Source: Octopus sinensis
Lineage: Eukaryota
NCBI RefSeq assembly: GCF_006345805.1
Contig: NC_043002.1
Coordinates: 114,390,001 to 114,454,000 of the forward strand
Reading direction: 5' to 3'
Length of the DNA: 64,000 bases
The position numbers were made by a program, and so were the translations under genes. The notes below the pieces were generated by a model. It worked only from the letters and a program-made list of their open reading frames with translations. It ran no database searches and had not been told where the DNA came from. Positions 24,661 to 39,244 of the stretch are shown here, piece by piece (position 1 is the stretch's first letter; every line of letters begins with the position of its first letter).

Positions 24661-25489
24661 CTCTCACTATTCAATATAAGACGGCGAACTAGCAGACTTA
24701 ATATCGCTTTGGATAGGATACATTGTGCTATTCGTTCCAGCCCTCTGAATTCAAATCCGCTAAGATCAATCTTGCTTTTCGTGGTTTGTAAACAAATTAC
24801 TTGTCCAGTATTGGGGGTCCATTACCTCTCTGTCTCTTTCTGAAAGAAATCAGATGTGGTCAAGCCTGGAGAGGGCTGGGTTACTCCAGGTTTAGATGTT
24901 CAAAACATCCCAGGTGTGATGAGAACTTTCCTGCGACTGTATCAGAAGCTGAGCGCATCAGGCAAGACCAGGCATTATAGAAAGTCTTGTTCGGAAGACC
25001 ACCATGTAGAGATTCATTCGTTGGTGCCAGAAGAATGTTGTTTAAGGAAGTAGTGAAACGGCGAAGCGTTTAATAGAAGATCCAGTAATAATTGCTCATT
25101 AATTTTCTTATCAACTGTTTAGCTTGTTCTTCCTTGAGTGGTTGGATTTTGCATTAAATGGAAGTTGGACAGTTAACGAACTGTTGCTGTTGAAATAATG
25201 AGGATTATAAAACAATCGAAGTGTGATAAAGTAAAAAAGATGCGATAATTATTGTTATTTATATAATGACCTTTGACTATATTTTATCTGTAAATTCATC
25301 TTTGTGTTGGTTATGAAAAAATACGAACTGAAAACAATTTTGTTCGGTTGTTATTCGATAAACGATTAGAAATTTCAAACATATCAAAATGTAATTTTGA
25401 CATGCTTCTCTTTGAAAGTTACCCAATAATTAGCTTGGCTCATCGTTTCTAACCAAACTATTTGATTACTTAAAGATTATGATCTCTTA

Positions 25490-25790
25490 TCATTTACTTG
25501 TTTCAGACATTGGACTGCGACCATGCTACAGCAGTGCCTTGATAAGTCGAATAAATTGCCTCCCAGTACTTATTTTTAAGCATGGTACTTGTTCTTTTGG
25601 TGTTTTTTTTACAGAACCTCTAAGTTACGGGGACGTAAACAAACCAACAGAAGCAGTGGTATGGGATAAAGACAAGTACAACCAGACACAAACACACACA
25701 AAACACACGCACATACAAACAAACACACACATACACACACAAACACTCACAAGACGAGTTTCAGTTTTCATCTAACAAATCCACTTCAAT
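25490..25790 (-). mobile_element. SINE family A, degenerate
   Basis: tttcagacattggactgcgaccatgct...gaacctctaagttacggggacgtaaac. Confidence 0.7.
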
Positions 25791-25925
25791 GTGGCTAGAG
25801 ACTAAAGATTCTTATCACACGAGGCATTACTTTTTAAAATCCTTCTTCATTGGAGTATTGAGAAAGTTACTTTTAATTTCTTTGTTGATAATCTGCATAC
25901 AGACAGAACAGTTAATTAAAAGCAA

Positions 25926-25964
<39 letters not shown>

Positions 25965-26239
25965 CATCTAAACGGCTAGTTGAAAATAATGAGATTGTTT
26001 CAGAATACCAGTTTCTAGGATAGATATTTAGCAAGTTACAAATTCTTGTACTTTTATAGGCGAAGGACAGAAGATGCATGAAATGCATGTGTACTCCCTA
26101 TAATTATTTTTTGGGTTGGGTGCAATCAAAACTCTTTGAACATCCTCTTGAAAAACTTCATTTGAAACAATACTTTTCCGTTATTAGATTTATCTGATTT
26201 GCTTGTTGTACAAATATAATAATATTCATTATTACACCT

Positions 26240-26450
26240 AAGGCGGCTAGCTGTTTGAATCGTGAGCACATCGGGCATAATGCTTAGCGGAATTTCGTCC
26301 GTCTTTATGTTCTGAGTTCAAATGTCACCGAAGTCGACTTTTCCCTTCGAGATCGATAAAAAAAGTACCATTTGAACATTGGGGTCGATGTTATTGACTT
26401 GACTCCTTCCTCCGAAATTGCTGGTTTTTTGCCAAAATTGGAAATCAATA
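26240..26450 (+). mobile_element. SINE family B, diverged
   Basis: Head, core and ccaaaattggaaatc tail. Confidence 0.8.
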
Positions 26451-27451
26451 AATATTATACCTGCATTTGTTTTGATATTAAAATTGAAAAAGAAAATGAC
26501 CTTGTTTGTAAACAAATTTAGACCTGGGTTTGTACTCCCTAAGAAAACTTTGTTGCCGCACCTATGTGTACTTTATGGGAAGAGTAATGAGAATTCTCTT
26601 TTTCTTTTGTACATCTTTTTCCTCAGTATTCGTTGCGTAAAGTAAATTAAATTCAAACGCGAATTGAAACTGAACCGACAATTTTTATTCTTTGAATTGG
26701 TCAAAAGAGAAAGAGCAACGTATATGAGTCATTTGCAACATTAGCGAAAAGGGAAGAATGTGCTGCATTGAACCTTAGAAGTCTAAAAGTTATCGGAACT
26801 CAAAAGACTATGGATTCTGTCCCTCCATATCAACTTAGAAACAAACGGAGGAAATTAGAGATGACTTAAGATGATGTGACATAGTATTGTTAGATTTAAC
26901 TTTAGATGCATTATGATAAGGAAATATATATTGTCTATTTGAAACAGACTTATCGAATTCACATGGGGAGAACTTACATTAAAAGCTCATTCAAGCAAAA
27001 TCAATATAATGAGAATTTATATTACAGATCTGCTAAACCCATATTAATCTAGTAAGATCGACATTAATTCAATAGTTAGTACAAATGAATATAAATAGCT
27101 TTGACTTTTATTTTAATTTTAAAATTATTTTTTACTTATTTTCAAGTTGAAATTCTTCTTTTCTCTTCCTTCTAAAATACAGCTTGAAGACTGATTCTAT
27201 TTCTGTTTTACGTATGTTTACGTCAGTACTTCGCATTTCTTTGCGTGTAGCAACAGTGTAACTGTGATAGTAGGTAATGTTCCTGCAAGTCGGACTCGGC
27301 CAAGCAAACACATGATCCAAACATTACAAAATGCTTTCAGGCAGATCCGATGGCGATGAACTCTTATCGAATCGAGTTTTCAGTTTGAATTTAATTTCAA
27401 TTTGGAAATCTTCGCGCTGCTAATTCATTTAAAGAATATACATATAAACAC

Positions 27452-27852
27452 CAGCATGGCTGTTTGGTTCAGAAGCTCATTTTGCGACCGAGTGGTTTCG
27501 GGCTTAGTGCTATAGTGTGATACCTTGGGCAAGTGTCTTCTGTTATAGCCCTGGGCCGACTAATATCTGGTGATGTATTTGGTAGCTATGTGTGTGGAGA
27601 GCATCGCATATATATATCTGTGTGCCTTTGTGTCAGTGTTTGTCATTTCCCGTCATAGTTTGACAACCGGTGTTGGTTTGTTTACGTACCCGTAACTAAG
27701 CAGCTCGGCAAAAGAAGTCGATAGAATAAATACCAGCTTCAAAAGGAGAACATAAATACTAGTGCCGATTTGTTCGATTAAAAACCCTTTAAGGTGGTGC
27801 CTCAGCATCGCCGCAGAAAAATTACTTGAAATAAGTAAACGTTAAAAGATAA
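27452..27852 (+). mobile_element. SINE family A, diverged
   Basis: Head, ccttgggcaagtgtcttc segment and tail present. Confidence 0.8.
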
Positions 27853-27941
27853 AGGTAACAACTTCGCATTTCCTGTTCACTAACATCATATTTTACTTTA
27901 AACCAACATAATAAAATATAACTTAGAAGGAGTGAATAATG

Positions 27942-28172
27942 GTTTCAAATTTTTGCCACAAGGGCAGCTTGGTGGAGGGGATTCAGTCGATCATATCGAC
28001 CCCAGTGCTTAACTGGTACTTATTTAATCGACCCCGAAAGGATGAAAGGCAAAGTCGACCTCGGCGAAATTTGAACTCAGAACGTAGCAAGGTGAACTCA
28101 TAACGTAGCAGTAGACGACGTACCGCTAAGCATTTCGCCCGGCGTGGTGACGATTCTGCCAGATCGCTGCCT
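27942..28172 (-). mobile_element. SINE family B with ~18-bp TSD
   Basis: TSD ttagaaggagt(g/a)aataat on both sides. Small internal duplication of gaactca(g/t)aacgtagca. Confidence 0.85.
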
Positions 28173-28215
28173 TTAGAAGGAGTAAATAATATGACATCGG
28201 TCGAAAACGAACTCT

Positions 28216-28655
28216 GGATCTTTTCGGTTTGAACGGCAGTTTTTAAAAATAATTTCCACGTAACTAAACACTTTTAAACTTCGTATACTGGTAGAATGTG
28301 TTTATAAAACATCTTTTTCTCTTGGCTTTATTGAGAAAATTCTATAGTTTGTAAGATATTTGTTGTTTTTTTCTTCAATTTCTGCAATTTCAACTAATCA
28401 ATGACGTCTGTTGAGGTGAAAACATCCTGTGCCGTATGAATATGTCCCTCGTTTAAGAAACAGATTGGGTTTATTTAGATTTGTGAAGAAAAAAAGATAC
28501 CCTTCCCCAACCCCTAACCCTAACCCTAACTAAACCTAACTAACCCTAACCCTAAAACAGATTGAAATGCAATTGATCGATACTAAGGTCATAATTATGG
28601 GTGACAATTTCATATGACACCGCTAGAAAAACTGCCGTTCAAACCGAAAAGATCC
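28216..28655. mobile_element. MITE, Merlin-like (GG..CC termini, 8-bp TSD), with internal (CCCTAA)n
   Basis: Perfect 29-bp TIRs ggatcttttcggtttgaacggcagttttt (28216-28244 and 28627-28655). TSD cgaactct (28208-28215 and 28656-28663). Superfamily inferred only from termini and TSD length. Confidence 0.85.
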
Positions 28656-29782
28656 CGAACTCTTGCTAATACGAATGCGTCCGAGTTGAAAATCTCGGTT
28701 GAAAACATTTCATCTTCCTTCAAGAAAAAATACGAACATCTTTTTTTATTTCACTATAATTTGAAACGTTAATGGCAAGTAAAAGGAAACAGCTGTAAGC
28801 TATAGAAGTCCCAAAGATAAGCGTTTATTCCTTTGTCATGTTATTTTCTTATTACTGCTCTGTACTCGACTAAAGCTTCGGTCTGAAGCACATTTATACA
28901 GAGTTCTACACGAGGTTGTTAGTCTCTCAGTGCCTAAGCGAAATATTAAATAGCAAGGAAGGATATAACTTTGAAAATTTGATAAATATTTATAGATTAA
29001 TTTGTCAACTAAACTTTAACTAAATCCGATCAAAATCGACAGAGCGAACAGAACGGGAATCAATACTATATAATTATATTATTTGAATAAAACACAATAA
29101 CGTCAAATTTACATTACAACACTTTACTTTCGGTTTCGCATCCTTCTGACGGAAAGAAAGAACGAACAACATCTAAAAGTATAATGACAATCGATTCAGT
29201 CGGTGTCGGATGAATTGACTGATCTCGGTGAACCTATCAGCTGATCCTATTCTTGTGCACAACAAATATATGGCTTTTGTATTTTAGAAAGAATTCGCAA
29301 TTAATATTGATATAGCGAATGATGTTGAATAAGGTATGATGGTGTTCAGCCGTCGTATTTCGATTTCAGCTCACTTATGGCGTCGTATTACTTCAGTAAC
29401 ATCGACAATGCTCTTTCAAAAAGCATGAACTTCACATCTTACCATTTTCTAATTCTCTATAAAATAACAGTAAAGTGGAGCTTTATGCAAATTGAAAGAT
29501 AATTCATAAAATGTGACTAAAAAGGGTTGATAATTTGGAAGAGAAAGCAGAGTTCCAGATTAAATACCTTACACAGTTTAATCACGGTTGTCTTTGACTT
29601 TTGTTTTTCATCTTAACCTATGTTACCTGTTCATGAATATTAGTAACATATGTTCGTACAGGATATTATCTATTCGAACACCGTATAAAGTACAGGAGAT
29701 TTGTATTTTACAGGAAAACAAGAAAGGAAAAGGAAAACAACATTATTAAAAGAAAATATATTTCTTTTCACTTCAATTATAT

Positions 29783-30014
29783 GTTTCTTTATTACCCACA
29801 AGGGGCTAAACATAGAGGGGACAAACAAGGACAGACAAACGAATTAAGTCGATTATATCGACCCCAGTGCGTAACTGGTGCTTAATTTATCGACCCCGAA
29901 AGGATGAAAGGCAAAGTTGACCTCGGCGGAATTTGAATTCAGAACGTAACGGCAGATGAAATACGGCTACGCATTTCGCCCGGCGTGCTAACGGTTCTGC
30001 CAGCTCGCCGCCTT
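29783..30014 (-). mobile_element. SINE family B with TSD tttcacttcaattata
   Basis: Full head-to-spacer copy. Confidence 0.9.
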
Positions 30015-32074
30015 TCACTTCAATTATAATTATGTGAGCAGTATAAAAACGTGTATTTCTTAAAAAAATACATGAATTCCTGAACTACTTGTAAAATTGA
30101 ATGTTAATGAAACAGAGTAATCAATGTTAGTATATTCTGACACAGTGGTTCTTAATCCGGGCAGTTTTGCCTCTTTGGAGGTGTAGTGAGCTCACAAAGG
30201 GAATATTATGGCGGTCACTGGGTGTTTAGTGAGGTCGAGATTTTTCTTAGGAATGAGATATTTAAACCAAGTACGACACTTTTTCAAAAAGAGGCATATT
30301 TGTAGTAGCAAATATTGTTGTCAGTCAGCAGAGATAGGATATTGCTCCAAGGTACAATATAACTTTATTAAGCAAATCTTCGCGTTCTTTAGTAATTTCT
30401 GTAAAAAAAATTAACATAGAAGGTACTATTTCATAACAAACAACTGATTTAAATGGTTTCTATTCGATTAAAATGTTTTTTTTTTACTGAACATGCAAAG
30501 GGAGCGTTTTCAAAAGATTGTTCGATGAAAAGTGGTGCTGAGTCCTACTCTTCAAGTATATCTATTTTCATAGATCTCATTATGTTTTATCTATATAAAA
30601 CCATATTATATAACGCTGAATCCGAGGTTTCAAGACTTTCCCTGTTTTATACAAAGGAATATTGTTATCACAGATTTGTTGCCAAATATCTGACTTTTTT
30701 TGTTGTATCTTGGGAGGGTCGTTACGCCAATAATAATTTGTTTCAACGCGCGATTTCACGTTAAGAATCTTGCAAACCAAATACAGAATCTACATTCTTG
30801 TTCATATGAAGAAGCCAATCGAAAAGATAGAGTGAATGTCTCAAATTTCTTGGGTACTATCTACATAGGGTAGCAAGTGAAACAAAGCAGAATAAACATT
30901 TAGTTGAGTTTCCATATGCTTAAATCTAGGTATTTAAGTACTGAATTAATTTTCTAAAGCCTTCCTTTTCAGATAAAGTTTCTAGCATTAGCACCAGAAC
31001 TTGTAAGGATCTATGCTCTTTGCTGTGATCTCCTATACATTTTTATTGTGACCATCCAAATGCAAGCGCGCAGAATTGCTCATGTTTGCAACCTTTATTA
31101 ACATTAAAAAAAAAAAATTATCGAATACTCAAATCTTTGCGCATGCGTTTCTAACTGATAAACACGATACAGATGTCAAAATCAGTAGTCAGGAAATAAA
31201 AGTTTTGTTTCTTCCACATTTTCTTTAATCAGCAATCATTCGAAATTATATTTGGAAAGAATGGTTCAAATGGTTTACCTGCGTGATGTAAAAAGTCGAC
31301 AGCAATCCTGTCATAGAATGACATGCTTTGGGAAAGTAATTCCAAAGAAATAATGGAGATCAATAACTTCAGCTATGTAATGCTGTATTACCATAAATTC
31401 TATAAACATCTAATTACAATGTAAAATCTGCGTGCTGCAATTTCACAATTTATTTGCAGTTTGGAAACTATAGCACGGAAATGAAGCTTATTATCTCTAC
31501 CTTAAAACAAAATCTAAATAACCTTTCCTACGCTGCATTTTAATGACTAAGCAACATCGACTTCTAATTAGCGCAGCAGGGAATATATCCAAACTTGAGA
31601 TGTAATATTTTTCTTGATTTCGTTAATATTCTATTAATGTTCTGGAAGTTCTCCTCATAAGCAACGGAGGTGTTCCACTTCTGCATCCCAAAGGAACTTA
31701 TATAGTAATATATAACCTCTGTTCTAAAATGATAAATGGTTGAAATACAAATCTAGACAACTGGACGTCAGTTTTAATAGGGTAACATTATCTAGTGTTA
31801 TGATGCTAGCATCTGAATGTAGGTGAATTTAAGCTGATAGAATCACACTTAGTGTCCAGATATACTATAAATTTCTCTTTCTCTCTTACTGCCGAAGGCA
31901 TATAAAAGAATAAGCGTGTACTGCATTGTCTTAGCTAGTATATCTCTAATAGTTACAACAGATAATTTACAAAAGCCAAAGGAGCCTCTATGCTGAAAAT
32001 ACAATAAAACATCTCGTAAACAACTCTCTGCTATCTTAAAAAAGATATTCGATAATGTAGATACAATAATGTGA

Positions 32075-32330
32075 AGGAACGTGGGCCAGTGGTTAGGGTG
32101 TTGTACTCACCATCGCAAGATTGTGGTTTCGATTCCCGGATTGAGCGATGCATTGAGTTTCATGCAGAACATTATGTCACGTTTCTCTGACACACTGTGC
32201 ATCCGTACAAGCAATGTCAATTTGATGGAAGGAGTGAGCTAATGTACAGTATAAGCATTCGATCACTATAAACAAATCATCTGTGGAGGTTGTTTAGCAA
32301 GAAATCTCAGAATGTTCACAATATGATAAT
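32075..32330 (+). mobile_element. tRNA-derived SINE (family D), diverged
   Basis: gtgggccagtggttagggtgttgtactcac...ggtttcgattcccgg A/B-box-like head; body differs from families A-C. Confidence 0.6.
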
Positions 32331-33285
32331 ATAAAACAGGATACATTATACCTGACAATAAAATGGGTTTGGTCACGTCTTTGGAACGTTTAGACCGTCT
32401 TTGAAAATAGTTATAGTTGATCAAAGATGACTTGAAGCTAAAAAGAACAAGGAATTACTGTTAGTTTGTAAAACTCACATTGTAATATTCGTATTTAATG
32501 TTATGTAAGGTTGGACTTTCGAATGCAATTATATTTGTGACACTGAAAATGCTGAGGGAAATTTTTACAAGTGTATTGGAACGAGATTTTGTTTTCAATG
32601 GCATAATTTTGTTTCAACTTGTAAAATTGGATTTGTTGGATATAGACAGTGTGTAAGAGTTTTAGCTGTGGATGAAGGAGTTTGTATGATGTCCATGTCT
32701 TCGTAGGGTTTAAATACACACATATATATGAAGTAACAGTAACCAAAGAAACCAAGCAAAATTAAATTGTGGAATCCACAACTATATTCAGTCACTGGTT
32801 TTGCAGTTCTTATTCGCTCCAGTAATTACTATTTAATAACATGTTAATACAATTAGAATATGAATTCTGATGAACGCACACGTGTGTATGTGTGTGTGTG
32901 TGTGTGTTTGTGGGTGTGTGGTGAACACTTGTATCTGCAAACATGAAAAGTGTGTATACTTTATTTGGACTTGAAACCCTTGAATTGTAACACTAAATTT
33001 CACGTTTCGCGTTACATATATACATACAAACATACATACATACATACATACATACATACATACATACATACATGCATGCATACAGACAGACAGACAGACA
33101 TATAGACAAATATACTACTAACACGCACGTACAAACATATATTGATTGATTAATCGACTGATGATCGATTTTTATGTTTGTAGGTTCATTTATTTGCTTA
33201 TGATAAACAAGAACTTACACGATACACACATAAAGACACGTAAATGTATTATTAAATGCATTAAATTAGTGTTCATACTACATAT

Positions 33286-33316
<31 letters not shown>

Positions 33317-33512
33317 CTATACACGTACATTTATGTGTGTGTGCATGTGAGCATGTGAGCATGTGTCTATATGATATGTGTGTGTGTATATGTATATGTA
33401 TACACACATATATTTATATACACGCATACACCCATATCAATATATGCATCAAGCCTTCCATGTGTATGGTAATATATTGCAGTACATACATATTAAAATA
33501 CAAAAACTAGCA

Positions 33513-33580
<68 letters not shown>

Positions 33581-33733
33581 TGTATGTACAGACGCGAAGA
33601 CATAAAGACATATATGTGTGGGTGGAAAGAGAGAAAAAGAAAGAGAGAAGGAGAGAAGGAAAAGGAAAGGAAGAGAGACAGGGGGATAAAGAGTGAGACT
33701 GAAGGAGAAAGAGAAAATGAAAGTGGAAGTGAG

Positions 33734-33800
<67 letters not shown>

Positions 33801-34494
33801 TGGGGCATTACTTACCTTCAATTTTCGATGACTATGATATTTTCAATCATAATCCTAATTAGAACTTTGATTGTATGTTGCCTGCAAGTCTGAAGCAGTG
33901 TGAATTGGAGAGAAAATTACTGAATCTTCACTGACATTTTTACTATCTCTATTATCAATTATATAATGTTGCCTGAATACCAGAAACTTTAATTAGTTCT
34001 CTCTTCCTTACCCACAATATTTCCGGCAATTACTGCAACAGAATTTTACACGTCGTTTCTCATTAGCTTCTCCTACTTTCCACTTCTTCCAATCAAGCAT
34101 ATACATTGCTTGACATGGCTATTGTTATCCTCCTTCCAACTTTCTAGTAAACAATTAGCTTTATATTTTTGCTGGAAACTTTTCATGGAAACTGATATAC
34201 TACATTTCAAAGAATCACTTTAAAGTTACTTTTATTGTGAATAAGACACATGTTTTTGGTAATGTTCATGTTTTGAAGAGCAGAGGTGTATTCCTTTGAA
34301 TCTGCTTCATTATAAAACTGATTCATACGTAAATATATAGATGCATACATAAATACACTCATACGTACATGCATACACAGACACACGTATACATGCTCAT
34401 ACACACATGTAGGTATAGGTATGTGTGAGTATGTATATATAAATGTATATGAGTATGTTTTTGTACATATGTGTATATGTGTACATATGTGTAT

Positions 34495-35065
34495 ATAGGC
34501 ACACGGCCCGAAATTTCGGGGGAGAAGGCCAGTCAAGTAGATCGACCACGGTATGCAACTGGTACTTAATTTATCGACCCCGAAAGGAAGAAAGGTAAAG
34601 TCGACCTCGGGGGAATTTGAACTCTGAACGTAACGGTAGACGAAATACCGCTGAGCATTTCGCCCGGCGTGCTAACGTTTCTGATTTCTTTATTGCCTAC
34701 AAAGGGCTAATCATAGAGGGGGCAAACAAGGACAGACAAACGGAATAAGTCGATTATATCGACTCTAGTGCGTAACTGGTACTTAATTTATCGATCCCGA
34801 AAGGAGGAAAGGTAAAGTCGACATCGGAGGAATTTGAACTCAGAACGTAACGGCAGACGAAATACCTATTTCTTTACTACCCACAAGGGGTTAAACACAG
34901 AGGGGACAAACAAGGACAGACAAACGGATTAAGTCGATTATATCGATCCCAGTGCGTAACTGGTACTTATTTAATCGACCCCGAAAGGATGAAAGGCGAA
35001 CTCGTCAGACGAAAAGCTGATAAGCATCTCGCCCGTCGTGCTAACGTTTCTGCCAGCTCACCGCC
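34495..35065 (-). mobile_element. SINE family B trimer
   Basis: Junction aaagaaatag|gtatttcg at 34866/34865, second junction aaagaaat|cagaaacg at 34684/34683. The last unit ends aaatttcgggccgtgtgcc. Confidence 0.9.
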
Positions 35066-36356
35066 TTCATATGTGTATATATCGTTAATGAAAAGCAAAC
35101 TCTATGTGATTCTATGTCGACAAGTTCAATATCTCTCAAATTGAGTAATGTTATATTAGTTTAAAAGTCACAAATTTATTGGAGAGAAGGATATAATGTT
35201 GGGGTATTTATATGCTATTCACGAACACATAAGAAATGCAAATTAAGTGAAACAGTAACCTAGACTTAGTTTGACTGAAGTTTTACCTCTGTTATACACG
35301 ACGTTCGTATTTTCATATAAAACGACTTATGTACCTGAAATAGTGAAAAAAATGTTTTATCTTGATATTTGAAAAGTAGTAACATATTCTCTTTACTCGA
35401 ATTAAATTTAAGTTTACTGCAATTTAAAGACTTGTGATATAATTCAAGCTTAAAGACCTTTTTACACAAATTTTAAGAAAAGTTGCGTGCTTTTCAAATA
35501 GTTGTACCGATCCAGTTTTGATTTAAAAACCAATACATCATATTCACAAATATATTTTCTCTTACACACAAGACTTTGCTACACATCATTATAGCTAACG
35601 TTCAATCTTTCATGGTAAAATCAAACATTCAAGAAATGTTGCTTTCCTTTCCATCCAAAATTACCTACTTTATATTCTCACTCAAAAAAATCTTTATTCA
35701 CACCTCATGAATTAATGTTTCTACATCTAAGGAAATATTTTCTTTCAACGTCGAGAATATTTGGTTTCGAGCAAACACAAGCTGTTAATATTATGGAAGC
35801 AATGCTGCCTGTTGTGTTATTTCGATTCCTCTAGTGTTATGGCGATTACTAATCTTACTCTATCAATTCACCTTTTCCTTTTTACAACTTGCTCCTGACT
35901 AACAGTTTTCAGCGCACTCATAAATTACTGAAGATCTGGATCTTAACCATTGAATATTTTCCATGAAATTACCAATTAAAATTGCGGTGGTAAGGGATTT
36001 TTATATTGTGACCGATGTTTCGACTAAATAATTCTTAACGTGAAAGATGGAGATTTGCTTTGCAACAAGCTGTTTGATGTTAAAATGAGATTATTATCTC
36101 TAGCGCTTTCTGTTATTCAAACATCTGTATTCTGAGAAAGCGTAACACTAAAGTATTCCTGTGCAGAACCCTCCTCCTTCACACAAGGACCAAAAACGAC
36201 CAATGTGCCACAAAAAAATTCTTCTCTTTATAAGACATATAAATAAATAAAAAAATATTTGAACTAAGGTAAAATCCAGGAACCTAGTAACTTAAGAGTT
36301 CATGAAAAATGAGCATTTCTCATTCCCTTCATGGATGGATGTATATATATATATAC

Positions 36357-36399
<43 letters not shown>

Positions 36400-36492
36400 G
36401 TACTCATCAAAATCAAAAACAAACAATGCGCATGCGCGAAATTAAAAATATAAAGTGGGGACAATTTACCCATGTATATATATATATATATA

Positions 36493-37999
36493 TAGCGCCC
36501 CGCAAAAGTTTACAACACAGTCAAATATTCAAATTTACATATATTGAGTTAATGAAATTTCCACTATTTCTGAAGGCATTTGTAATAAATTCAATGCAAC
36601 AATCAGAATGACTTAATAATGAACAGAAAAAAAATTTATATGTTGAAAAGTTGAAATTCAGAAACCAGAAATGTACAACACATTTAACTCAATTGAATAA
36701 TTTCCCAGAGAGTTTGAAGAAAAAAGATTTTTTTTTGTTTCCTGAATATCTATAGTATTCTAGAAGATTCGTTTGTGAGCATTTCTAGCCATTGCATCAG
36801 TTCTGACAATATCACCGTAGAGTGAATATCATCATCATGGGTAAAAATAAACAAATTAGTCAAGACCACCTTGAGCGTATTGTTGACCTTCATAAGAGTG
36901 GCAGTGGGCACAGAAAGATCTCTTCATTGCATAATGTATCCCTGAGTTCAGTTAGTACGATAATACGTAACTGGAAATCTTGCAATTTCATTCTCCCTCC
37001 AGTCCGCTCCGGTAGCCCACGTAAGTTAGCAAAGCGTACAGCAAGAAAACATGCAAAAACAGCTAGTAATAGACCACAAACTACACTCAAGGAACCGCAG
37101 GAAGACCTGGAAGCATGTGAAGTACATGCGAGTGAGGGTACAGTAAGTAGATCACTTTGTCGTTATGATCTCTTCGTTCTTCAAAAAAGATCCCATTACT
37201 TAAGAAACATCACGTTAAAGTTCGTTAGGCCTTTGCAAAAACATTTAAATTAACCGGCAACATACTGGGAAAACGTAGTTTGGTCTGAGGAAACCAAGAT
37301 TGAGCTTTTCGGCAGAAATTCGATCAGCAAGTTTTGGAGAAAGAATGGGATAGAATACGCACGAAAGAGTATTATCCCTACAGTCAAAGTCTGAGGCGGA
37401 TCAGTAATGGTATGGGCTTCGTTTTACGCATCAAGTGTTGGAAGATTGGAAGTAATCGAAGGAAAAATGGATGGCGAAAAACATAGGGGGATTTTAGAGA
37501 TATGTTTAATGAGTAGCGCTTTCTCCCTAAACTTGGAACACGGATGGGCCTTTTAACAGGATAACGATTCAAAGCACACAATAAAGCTGACCAAGAATTG
37601 GTTGAAAACAAATGAGATTAATGTTCTGGAATGGCCAAGTCAATCTCCAGACCTTAATCCAATCGAAAATTTGTGGAAAGAATTGAAACTCAGACATCAA
37701 AAAAGAAACCCGCGTAACTTACAAGAACTGAAAAGAATTTATGTAGAAGAATGAGTAAAGCCCTAACCAAATGTAAAAAGTATTTAGGAGACTATTCAAA
37801 GTGCATGTAAGCGATCATCATCAACAAGGTTATGCAAGGGTTTGATGTGTTGTAAACTTTTGCGTCTTGAAATTCAACTTTTTCTATGTAAAATTGTTTC
37901 TGTTCATTATTCTGTAATTATGATGGAAATTTCTGTGTTAACTCAATATATGTAGACTTGAACTTTTGACTGTGTGTTGTAAACTTTTGTGGGCCGCTC
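36493..37999 (+). mobile_element. Tc1-family DNA transposon with long IR/DR-type TIRs, TA target
   Basis: Ends ta|tagcgccccgcaaaagtttacaacac and gtgttgtaaacttttgtgggccgctc|ta. Inner repeat atgtgttgtaaacttttgc at about 37845. Confidence 0.9.
36837..37845 (+). pseudogene. Tc1 DD34E transposase, disrupted by stops and frameshifts
   Basis: MGKNKQIS..HTH..RSGSPRKL; VVWSEETKIELF; QDNDSKHT; [15 protein letters not shown]. Confidence 0.9.
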
Positions 38000-38090
<91 letters not shown>

Positions 38091-38093
<3 letters not shown>

Positions 38094-38613
38094 TGTAATT
38101 AAGAATGGTCATTTTGCCAGTTTAGCCAATATAAATAGACGCATTATATATTTGGTGTTACTTTGCTTCAGCGATATTTATTTTTTACATTAATCTTAAT
38201 CTTATTTCGGCCAGAGTTCTTTCGCCACACTACTGTGACCTCATCAGTGGTCCTTTGCTTTCTTCTTTCTTATTTGTGTGTCTCTCCTTACTAACGGTCA
38301 GCCATTTTGTATTTTGTATTCCTATTGTATGTGTCTTCATTTGCGCATGTGTATACCTCTATGTGTGTCTATGTTTAGTTAGTGTGTGTGTGTGTGTGGG
38401 GGAAGTGCCTGTAATATTAGTATCTCCTGTTTATATACGTTCGTGTAATTTGTTTTTGTTTATTTTTATGAGTGACGAAAGAACTCTAGCCGAAATAAGA
38501 TTAAGATTAATGTAAAAAATAAATAACGCTGAAGCAAAGTAACACCAAATATATAGTGCGTATGTTTGTATTGGCTAAAATGGCAAAATGACCATTCCTA
38601 AATACAACAATAT
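38091..38613 (-). mobile_element. PLE-type repeat F5 copy b with inverted 3'-end copy (38472-38613)
   Basis: 38091-38470 is homologous to 6427-6800. 38472-38613 is an inverted copy of its 3' ~140 nt. Confidence 0.9.
38209..38253 (-). ncRNA. Minimal type I hammerhead ribozyme (F5b), core intact
   Basis: ggacca-CTGATGA-g-GTCACA gtag TGTGGC-GAAA-G AA C-TC-tggcc. CUC triplet. Confidence 0.75.
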
Positions 38614-38692
38614 CTGTTTCAACACACGATTTCACATCAAAAATCTTGCAAAAGAAATATATATATACCCACATATATATATATACATATAC

Positions 38693-39070
<378 letters not shown>

Positions 39071-39244
39071 CGTGTATGTGTGTGCATGCATACTCAGAAT
39101 TTTTTTTATCAAAGAAAACATTAACCGATATTCAAGTGAATAGTTGAAGTGAGGAACTGAAATGTAAACCGACACACCAATAATTTAACTTTTATGAAAT
39201 AACAAATGGCTAGAAATAAATTACTATGGAAAGATGGATGGATA

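Noticed and set aside
29286-29331. Strong ag|...|gtatga pair
   Set aside because: All three frames contain stops. It cannot be supported without RNA data.
30143-30775. hAT/Charlie-like terminus cagtggttcttaa
   Set aside because: The opposite end is only a partial match (ttaagaatcttg) and no TSD was found.
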